NCBI GenBank assembly: GCA_004431415.1
Contig: QPMI01000100.1
Location: 1-64,000 of the forward strand
DNA from: Cyanophora paradoxa CCMP329
Taxonomy: Eukaryota; Plantae; Glaucophyta
DNA: 64,000 nt
Direction: 5' to 3'
Part shown: piece by piece, positions 22,516 through 32,800 of the stretch
Layout: each line of letters starts with the position of its first letter
How positions within the stretch are numbered: the stretch's first letter is position 1
Program-made: the position numbers and the translations under genes
Notes under the pieces: model-generated
Database searches by the model: none
What the model was told of the DNA's origin: nothing
Seen by the model: the letters and a program-made list of their open reading frames with translations, nothing else

Positions 22516-24081
22516 CTACGCCTCGATCTCGTCCACGTCCCTCTGGCAGAGGGGGCACGCCTTGTTAATCACCAGCCATCTGCGGTGAAGGCGCTCAGCG
22601 CGCGCCGCGGGGCGGGGCGGGGGCGGGCGGCGTTCGGCGGTCTTCTTAGGCTCACCGGTCTATACAGTTCGACTGCGGGCGGAATTGATCAGCCCGGAAG
22701 ACGGGGCGGGGAGGGCGGGGAGGGTAAGGCCGCACGTGGTACAAGTGCCCGCAAGGGAGGCCCCGGATGGGCTCACCCTCCTCGTACTCGCTCAGACAGA
22801 CGACGCACCTGCGCGGCGCACGCACGCATGGCTCGGCGGACGGCGCGGCGGCGAGAGAGGGGGGAGGGGACGAAGGCGGACGGGTACGCACACTGCGTCC
22901 TCTTTGGGCATGCTGCCGGCGTGGAACGTGAGCGTGCGGAGCCGCGTGATCGTCTCGCGCGTGGCCCCGCGGCCGCCGATCCCCGTCTGCTCCGCGATCC
23001 TCGAGAAGCTCACGATGAAGAAGGGAAGGCAGCACAGCAGGCACAGCCCGAAGATGTACGGCTGCCGCGCCCCGCCCGTCAGCCGCGCCCGCCAGAAAAA
23101 GGAAGAAAGAAGGACGCACGAGCGCCATCAGGCAGTAGAAAACTATTATGAGCGCTAGACACAAGCGATAGAGATGCGGGGAGGTCGCGGCCTGGCGGCG
23201 GGCGGCGCGTCAGAGAGCGTCTATTGGTGCCAGGGACGAAAGAGACGGGGCGCACGCAGGATTCCGCTTGCAGAGTCCACACGTTGCCAACGATGAACCA
23301 GCCGAAGCTGCACAGGTTCAGCGCTGTGGAGAGCCTCGCAAGCGTCGCCCGCTGCGAGGCCGACGCCGCCTCTTCTTCCCGCGGCGCGTCATTCGCGCCG
23401 AAGAAGACGCTCAGCGGGAAGCTCATCATCTGCAATACAACCCGCACGATGACCCATAACCTGAGTGGTTGCTGGCACGACTGTGGTTTCGGATCAGACG
23501 CGTGCGCGGCGCAGGCGGAGGGGAGCGCGTGACCTGCTCCCACGTGATGAACAGGACGATGATCTGAAGGCAGCGTCAGGCCGCGCAGCGGGTCAACGAA
23601 GCGGGGGGGACTCGCCTGAGCGGCGACCTCGCCAATCGACAGAGCTATGCTGCACACGAGCGCCGCCATCGCATACGTGGACCTGCAAGTGACAGAATAA
23701 TGAATGCAGGGGTTGGAGGCGCGAGGGCGCCGCCCCGCGTGGAGCACGCGCATGACCGCGCGGTTGTTGCGGCTACGGGGCCGGCGCGGTGCTGACCTGA
23801 TGTTTGACGCCATGTTGCTGCGCACTCTGACTGCATCACCCGATCTGGGCCGCAGAAGAACGGCGTCAGGCGCGCGGGAGCTCGGATCGGCAAGTGGGCG
23901 GAGGGCGGCACCTGGGGCCGGCGACCATCGCTTGCGCGATCGTCGGCGATGCCCGCGGATCTCCGGCCCGTTCATAGCTTACATGCTCGTGGCTGAGGCG
24001 GGGAGCGAGCTGCGCCCGGGCTGGCAGGAGCAACGCGGCCGCGTCCTCCCGCAGCCGCGCCTCGCGGCCACTGAGAGCCAT
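22516..24081 (-). CDS. Multi-pass membrane RING-H2 E3 ubiquitin ligase (plant-type); 5' end uncertain
   Basis: TM segments PLRLWVIV, SFGWFIVGNVW and CLPFF. GATRETITRL precedes the RING-H2 CVVCLSEYEEGEPIRGLPCGHLYH|SNCIDR|WLVINKACPLC. Confidence 0.9.
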
Positions 24082-24231
24082 CTCAGCTGATCTGCCGACG
24101 TCTCCTACGACGTGTCATAGTGCTCCACGACCTCGTGTTCTGAAGTTTGCTTCTTTGCCGGGTACAGGGCGTTTGAGGCTCAGGTGCCCGGAGCCGGAGG
24201 CTGGACGGCTGGGCCGCTGCTGCACTAAGTT

Positions 24232-25815
24232 ATGCAAGCCGTGCCCGACGACGTCCTCTCCCGCGTTTTTAGCCTCTTGCCACAAGCCTCGCGCGTCGTC
24301 GCGGCTCGAGTCTGCCGCCGCTGGCGCCAAGCTGCCGATGAGCCCGCTGCGTGGCCGGACCTGCAGCTCTGGTGCGCGCTCGAGCGCTGCAGCGTGATCC
24401 GGACTCGCCTGTCTGAGCGCTTCGCAGGATCAGCGAGGGCGGCCCGCACAGCCACTGGGCGCAGACGATGCGCCCGGACAGGCGCTTCAACGTCTGGCGG
24501 CACACAACGGATCCCCTCCGCGAGCAGCTGCTGGACGACAAGGAGGCGGCGCCGCTGCTGCGGCAGCGGCGCTTCTCGGGCGTGCGGCGGCTGGTTGTCA
24601 TGCAGGTCCTGGGCTCGGGCTTCGCGGAGACGCTGCGGGCAGCGCCGGGCAGCGTGCGGGAGCTGGAGATCTACGTGCGCGATGTCGCCAACTGCTCCGG
24701 GGACGGGCTCAACCTAGCGGGCGCGGTGCTGCCGCCGGGCGTCGAGCGGCTGCTGCTCGCAAACACGCCCGAGGGCGGCGCCAACGTGCCGGCGTACGTT
24801 CTCGCGCACGATTTGATCGCGCTGGCGGGCGGCCGCCGTCACGGGGCGCTGAGGCGCATCGAATTCGGGCAGGAGCACGACTGCCTCGGTGCGCTGGTCC
24901 CGGCCGCAGCCCGCGGCCGCGCGTACCACACTCACGCCTTCAACAGAACTTCCAGAACCTCCATTCGAGGCCGAGGAGGCCGCGAGGGGCCTTGCGGCGG
25001 CCTTTCCGAACCTGGGGACGGTGAACGGCGAGCTCTGGACCTCGGGGGGTCCCTCCCTGCGGGTTCTCGCCGCCTCGCGCCTCGCGCCCCGCCGCCTCTC
25101 CGTCCAGCTTCTGGCCACGGCGGAGGACTTCGAGTCCGCGCAGGAGGATATCGCCGCCCTCGCCGCCCGCGGCTGCGAGCTGGTGGAGATCCGCAAGGCC
25201 GAGGGCCCCTGCGTCTCTCGCCTCCTCCGCGGCCGCGGCGTACCCCACCTCAGCGCCATCGCCCTCGAGGCCTGCGAGGGCGCTTCCGACGCGGGCAGCC
25301 TCCTGTCCCTCCTCTGCGGTTCGTCCCCCGCCCGCCCCCTACACGGCTGTACATGTCGACCGACGGCTGGGCGGGGGTCGGGGCGGGGCGGGGCAGGCGG
25401 GGAGCACAGCGCGAGCCTGCGCGCGCTGCGCGTCAGCTGCGCGCTGGTGGCGGCGTCGGAGGAGGACCCACTCGCCGCACTCGCCCGCCTGCCCCGCCTC
25501 GCCTCCCTCTGCCTCCTGCCGCCCCTGCCGCCCGCCGACGACGGCCTCGAGCCCGTGGTCCGCGCCGTGTCCGGCCTGCCCCGCGCCTGCCCCGACCTCG
25601 GGTTTTTGGAGCTCTGGGGCGTGGGTAGCCCCCCGGCCGGGGGAGCCTGGCCCCCGGGCCTCCAGGCCCTGAAGAGGGCCGCGGCGGAGGCCTCCCGCGC
25701 CCTGGACGCCGGCGCCCGCGCCCCGGGGGCCCCGCCGCGGCCGCCGAGGCTGAGGCCGAAGCCGGGCCCGAGGCCGGCGACGGGCCGGTGGCTGCCGTTT
25801 GAAGTTAGCATGTAG
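24232..25815 (+). CDS. F-box protein with degenerate LRR-like C-terminal region
   Basis: N-terminal F-box VPDDVLSRVFSLLPQASRVVAARVCRRWRQAA, followed by Leu-rich segments (LARLPRLASLCL, CPDLGFLELW). Confidence 0.82.
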
Positions 25816-26832
25816 CCGGTTATAATTGTAAGTGGATGAAAACAAGCTATGGTCAGGTCACGTGGTTTACCGTGAAATGGAATGCCTGACGGGGGTGGGT
25901 GGGGGGGGGGCGAGGCTTAGCGGCTAAGGGCCGGGGCGGCCGGCGCCGGCGGGGCAAGACCCGGAGCCACGGGGCGGGGGGGGGGGGGGGGGAGGGAAGG
26001 GGGGGGAAGGGGGGGGAATTCGAAGTTGCCAAGTTGCACGTGCACCGTGGCACTAAGCCCTGAGGCGAGCCGCTGAGCCCGTACTACGGTACAGAGTGAC
26101 CGCGGTTCCGAACTTCGAAATCATGAATGGTTCCGGCGCCAGCCTGGCAGATTTCAGAGCCGCTGAGCCTCGGAGTCGACGTCATACTAAGTCTACTTCA
26201 AGGCTTAGGCTACTAGGCTACTAGGCTAGAACTTCGAATTCGAAAGCTATCAATACTATGATGAGACCAGGAATACCAGGATTGATCAGGATTCATGATC
26301 AGGATTGATCATGATTCATGAATACAACATCATGTTTTCCGATGATCATCGTTGAATTAATATTAATATTCGAACGTCTGACCACGGGCCATCACGGCTT
26401 ATTGTATCGACCCACCTTCGGACCTTCGGAGTCCAGTTCGGACCCACACTGAGACAACGCGTGACAAGGCCCGGGGGTAAATGCCATGCTGGCTTCAATG
26501 ATTCGATAATATTCTGCGTTCACCCAAACCCACGAAATCTTACAGAGACACGCTACGCATACCGCACCTACCGGATACTATGATAGGAAAAGCCTACGCC
26601 TATGTGTACACAACTACGTAGATATGAAAGAAAAGCTCTCAAAATTAAATCGCAAGCGCGAAGAAAGTATCGGCACGCGGCGCCCTAGGGCTACGTATAC
26701 GCCTACACCTACACCTCAGGAGAGTAAGCGGGTCTATCTATCATCAGCATATCTACGCGAGAAATTGAAGCAGCATGCGTGGTTGGTGGCCGACCCCAAG
26801 CGGACCGTGCGCGGCCTGTCATGATCAGGCGG

Positions 26833-29800
26833 CTACGCGAGGGGCGTGCTCTGCCCGTCGGCCCCCAGCACCGTGATGCTGGGGCGGCGCCCGCGGGCGA
26901 CTGCGGCCGCGGCGCCCGCGGCGCCCTCGCGCCCCGCCGTGTCCAGGCTCCCCGAAGAGCCCGAGGCCATGGGGCGGGGCGGGGGCGTGAATCCGGCCGC
27001 CGTACCCGAGAGGCCCGAGAGGGATCCTCGGCGCTCTGGGGACGGCGAGGGCGCGGGGGCCACAGGGGCGGAGGAGAGGACGGCGGCGACGCCGCGGGAG
27101 TTGGGGGAGGAGGGGAGGAGGTCGGGTCCGGAGGCGGGGCCGGGGCCGCCCGCCATGGCGAAGGGGGCGAGGGGCGGGGGCGTGTCGGAGTGGGATCTCG
27201 AGCCGCGGCGCGAGAGGACCATTCCGGGGGGTAGAGGCACGTGCACGGCCGCGGCCCCGCCGGCCCCGCCGCTCTGGCCACTCAGGGCCTCCAGGCCCCC
27301 CCCGGCGGACGAGCGCGTCGGCTGGAGCCGGTCCATGCTCTTGATCGAATCCAGCGCCCCCTTGGGCGTCATGGCGCTCACCTGACCGAGCGATTGCTGC
27401 GGAAGGAGGGAAGGGGGGCGGGGGCGGGTAAGATGCGTGCAGGGCTGCACAGAGGCGTGGGGCATGAGTTCTATAGACTTTCTATAAGATTCTATGAGAG
27501 GTTCTATAAGACTTTCTTCTATCAGATTCTGTTAGAACTCTCCGGAAGGGCGCACGTCGCTGTTGGTGCCGGCGCCGCGGGCGTGCGAGGCGCCGTTGGA
27601 GGCGGCCCCGTGGGACCGGTTCGTGCCCTGCCCGTGCCCCGCCGGCTGCTCCGAAGCGGGCGGCGCGGGCGGCGCGGCCGCCGAGGCCGGCCGCGCCGCC
27701 ACCGCGACGCCGACGCCGTTGCCCGAGTTCGACCGCGAGGCCGGCGCCGGGGACGAGGGCGAGGCCGGGGCCGCCGGGGCCGGGGCCGAGGCCGGCGGGG
27801 CGGCGGCGGCCCAGTGGTCCCGGTTGGCGCGGGCGCCCTCGACGAGGGGCCGGGCGTCCGGGAAGGCCCCGACCAGGGCCGTGTACATGGGGAGCACGAT
27901 GAAGTCCAGGAAGCCGGCCTGCAATAAATAGACGCCGTTTAAATGATAGAATCTGTCAGAAAGTCTTATAGAACTATAGGACTCTAATAATAATAAATGA
28001 AGTCAAGGAAGCCGGCCTGCAGTAACAACGCTGCTTCTACATAGAATCGTGTAGAGAGTCTCATAGAACTAGAACTCTAAGAGTAGCCGGACCTGGCACT
28101 TGGCGACCTGGGCCTCCCGGCGGTCCATGAAGGCCGAGATCGCGAGGCCCCGCTGCCGCTCCTCGTCTGCCGGGGGGGAAGAGGGGAGGAGAGAGCGGGT
28201 CAGATAGGGCTCAGACAGGGTGGGGATTGTAGACAGGGGCAGTATAGGGAGCAGTGGAGAAAGGGGGGCGGGCGGGCGGGCTCAGACGGGGTGGAGCAAT
28301 CTAGGGAGCGGTGGGGAAAGGCCGGGGGGTGCTGGGCGGGGGGAGGAGCGGGCGGACCGCCCTGGCGGAAGAACTCGGCCATGAACTAACAGAATAATCT
28401 AAAAAATCTTTAGAGCTCTAGCAAAATATTTTAAAAAGTGTTATAGAGCTCCAGTAGAATATTCTAGAAAGTCTTATAGAGCTCTAGTAGAAGCGGGCGG
28501 ACCGCCCTGGCGGAAGAACTCGGCCATGAACTAATAGAATAATCTAAAAAATCTTTAGAGCTCTAGCAAGATATTTTAAAAAGTGTTCTAGAGCTCTAGT
28601 AGAATATTCAAAAAGTCTTATAGAGCTCTAGTAGGGGCGCGCGGACCGCCCTGGCGGAAGAATTCGGCCATGACCTGGTCCACCCAGCGCAGGTACACCG
28701 CCGGCCGCTTCGCCGCGTTCGCCACGTCCGCCGCCTGCGGGGGGGAGGGGCGGGGCGAGGTCAGGCGGAGCGGGGTGGGGTCAGGCGGGTCGGGGTGGGG
28801 CGGGGCGGGGCGGGGGTCAGGCAGGGATGACGGATCAGATTGGATCGGATTGGATTGGACCGCATTGGATTAGATGGAGGGGATCAGCTAAGATCAGACC
28901 AGATAAGGTTAGCTAAGCGGTAAGCTTAGCTAAGCTTAGATAAGCTAAGCTTAGACCAGATCAGATCAGATCAGATGAGATCAGATTGGGCGGACCTTGA
29001 TGGCGAGGTTGAGGGCGAGGGCTTTCTCCTCGGGGGCCGCCCCGAACTCCTCCTGCCCCGCCCGCGCCTTGAACTGGCCCTGCGCGCCGCGAAGGGAAGG
29101 AGCGAGCGTCAGAAGACTTTGAGGGGGATGAGAGGTTGTGCGAGATTAGATTAGGCTAGATAAGCTCAGATCGGATCAGATATCGGCTCAGAACATATCG
29201 GATCGGATGGGGAGGGGCGGACCATGAGCTCGAAGTGGACGGCGAGGTCCGTGGAGAGGACCATCCCGATCGTCGCCTTCCGCACCTGGCCCCGCCCCGG
29301 CGTCGGTGAGCGGGGCGGCGGGGCCGGAGGAGCGGAGCGGAGACAGCGGATGGGCCAGAGACGCCCCGAGGTGAGGAGGCGGCTCTGGCGGCTCTAGCTA
29401 GCTAGGGCGAGTGGACGGCAGGCAGGGCAGGGCGGCTCTAGCTAGATAGGGGCCGGAGGCGGGGCGAGAGGAGGGCAGGCAGGGCAGGGCGCCGCCCCCT
29501 TCAGCCCAGCCGCCCCCCGCCCAGACGTCCTCTAGACGAGCCCACCCAGCCGCCCTCTCAGGTCGCTCCTCGGTGGCGGCGCCCTCAAGCCTGCCCAGGA
29601 AGAGGAGGAGGAGGGGGGGGGGGGGGGGGGGGGCGGCGCCTAGCCAGCCCAGCAGCCAGCCCGGCGCCCTCGAGGCTGCCCAGCGGTGGCGGGCGGGCAG
29701 GCGGGTGGCCGGGCGCACCTCGCGGCGCTCCTCGGGGGTGAGGCCGGCGAGGAAGTCGAGCTCCGGCTTCCGCAGCAGCATCGACGCCTTCGACACGCTG

Positions 29801-32800
29801 CGGCGCGGGGGCGGGGGACGTCAAGGCGAGGCGGAGCGGAAGGCGCGTGGCGGAGAAGGCGGCCGTGCTCTACGAAGCTAGCGGCGGGGAGCAAGGAGGG
29901 CGGGGCGGGGCGGGGCGGGGCGCACTGGTAGTTTCTAGGCGATTCTATTAGCAGTTCTAGGCGCACTGAAGCCACTATGAAGCTAGCGGCGGGGAGTAAG
30001 GAGGGCGAGGCGGGGCGCACTGGTAGTTCTCGAGGGGGCTCCGGTCGTTGTACACCAGCGCCCGCTCCGACGACGTCGCTGCGCGCCGCCGGTCAAGCCG
30101 AGGCCGACGGGCGGGGCCGAAGTGCGGGCCGACGGGCGGGGCTCGCTCGCAGGCTAGCTCGCTGGCTAGGGCGGCCGGGCTCCAGGCGGGGCGGGGCGGG
30201 GCGGGGCGGGGCGGGGCGGGGCGGGCGGGCGGACCGATCTCGAAGGCATTGGTGAAGCCGCCGTGGCCGAGGTCGTGCACGACCGCCGCCAGGATCGCCG
30301 CCAGCACCTGAAGCCAGAAGAGAGGGAGGGAGAGGGGGGGCCGCTTCAGCATGGGAGGAGGTAGGAGAGGGGAAGGGTGGAGGAGGGGGGAGGGCCAGGC
30401 CGCTGCTGCTACTCGCTTCGTTCGGCGGCTTAGGAGGAGGAGGGGGGAGCTCGAGGGCGGGACTACCACTCCTACCCCCCCTCGCTTCGTTCGCTCGCAC
30501 CTCGAGGTCGCTGAGGAGGCGCGAGGCGAGGCCGCCGCGCAGCAGGAGGAAGTGGAGCGACTGCACCACGTCCGCCGCGTGGATCGCCGAGTGGTACGCT
30601 GCGCGCGGGCCGCCCGCCCCCGGGCCCCGTCAGCAACGCCGCGCGGGCTCGAAGCCGGTCTAGACTTCCAACGAGCTGCGGGCGCTCAGCTAAGCTACGC
30701 TAGCTAAACTTCTAATGAGCCAAGCCGATCTAGCTTCGGGCGTTTAGCTCAGCGAAGCTTTTCGAGTAAATCAATCCCGCGCACGGTTGTCGAGGTAGTG
30801 GGCCTCGACGGTGCGGAGGAAGGAGGAGAGGCGCAGCGCGTCCAGCCCGAAGCGGTGCACGAGGCCGTGTCGCTCCACCACCGCCAGCGTCACGGGGACC
30901 TGAGGGGAGCGGAGGAGGGGGGCGATGTGAGAAGGAGAGCTTAAGGGAGCTTGAGCTTAGGGATGCTTGGGCCTCTGAAATCATAAAACGATTCTTTTAT
31001 GCCATTAGAAGTTTAGAGAGGAGGAGGAGGGGAACATTGATGCAAGATGGAAGAAGGAGAGCTGCTGTTAATGAAACGTTAAGCTTGAAAGCACTTGAAA
31101 GCAAGATTCTTTTATGCCACTAGAAGTTTAGAGAGACTTGCTGTGCTTCTGATGTAGGGAGAAGGACGAACGAACCAGGGGCCGGCCGCCGGTGAGCTCC
31201 GCGACGCGCCAGATGTCGAACTCGAACCAGTCGTCGAGGTTGGACATCGCGCGGCGCAGCGCCAGGTCGGCCTCGGTCAGCATAACGGCGTCCACGGGTA
31301 CCAGGCCCAGCGCCCCCGGCGTGGGCGTAGTGGGCGTCGGAGTATCAGTAGTAGTAGCGAGCTCCGCCGCTGTTGCTGCGGCGGCGGCGGCGGCGGAGGC
31401 GGCTCCGGCTCCGGCCCCGGCCCCCGCCGAGCCGCCGCCCACGCTCTGGCGCTCCCACCGCATCGAGGAGAGGCCGGCGGCGGCCGAGCGGGGCGTGTGC
31501 GCCGACGCGGGCGAGGCGGGGCCGGCCCCCGGCGAGGAGAGGGACTCGACCACGTCCCGCCCGAAGACCGCCGGGTGCGACATGCGGCGCCCGGCGCGGG
31601 CGCCCGCGAGCAGGGGCAGCGGCAGCGGCGACCCCGCCGCTCCACCTCCACCTCCGCCGGAGCCGGCGCCGGCGCTGCTGCGGGGGGCCCCGCGGATGCT
31701 GGCGAAGGAACCGGCATTGGAGGCGGCGCCGGCGCCCCTCCGGGACTTGACCGACGCGTTGTTGTGCGGCGCCACCTGAGAGAGACAGCGGCCTCAGCGA
31801 ACCCAATGTAACATAACACAATACAGTCCAATCGTGCTCTTAGAGGGGCCCCGGCCCGCCCGGCCCCGGGATCTAGTAGGATCTTCTCTAGGATACGAAA
31901 AGAGAAGCAAAGCTAATGCAATCCAATCCAGTCCTTCTCTTCTAAGACTTTTCACCCTTCTCAGCCTTCTCAACCTTCTCAACGGACCTCACGAAGAGAG
32001 ACCCAAAGCTAGCTAGCTAGCTAATGCAATCCAATCCTTCTCTTGTAGGACCCTAATTTCTCAACCTTCTCTTGTAGCCCAACTTCTCAACCGGACGCAC
32101 CTCGCGGAGGAGCCAGTCGCGGGTCTCCGGGTCCCGCGTCGCCTTCTCCAGGTCCGGCACCATCTGCGCGGGGCGGGGCGGGGCGGGTGAGGGGCGGGGA
32201 GGGGGTGGGTGGCGGGTCGGGGCGGGGCGGGGGCCTGCGGACCATGCTCTTGCCGTCGAACATCGCGAGGCGCGCCATGATCCCGTGCAGCCGCTGCCAG
32301 GTCAAGGTAAGATAGGGGGCGGGGGGGGGGGGGGGGGGGGGGGGGGGGGCGGAGGGCGAGGTTATCATCGATTCGAATCTAATCTTAGCTCTGAGGATCT
32401 CTATCTTACATACAAAGATACTTAGATTCTTAGCTCTTGGACACTCTCTTCTAATTCCTATGGCTCCGGTGGATCCATTTCAATCTCGTACTGCGGACCT
32501 CGGCCTCGCCGCTGCGGGTCTCGCCGATGCTGCGGGAGATCTCGTCGAGCTCCTCCAGCAGCTTCTCGAGCGGCGAGGCGAGGTTCGCCGCCCCCGCGCC
32601 CTCGTGCTGCGTCGTCTCCGCCCGCAGCTTCGCAACCTGAGGCGCCGCTTATTAGACATAAGAAGATAGCCTTATTAGACGCTTATTAGACGTGAAGAAG
32701 ATAGGGAGCCTTATATATTAGCTTCTGGGTCAGCGGGCGGGCGGGTCAGCTTCTGGGAGCCTTATATATTAAGCTTTTTGTCTATCTTCCACGGCTTCGC

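Noticed and set aside
32320-32349. Long poly-G/C runs as functional G-quadruplexes (also 11101, 29612, 33875)
   Set aside because: Run lengths are unreliable in assemblies and there is no independent evidence. In minus-strand genes most simply read as C-rich intron tracts.
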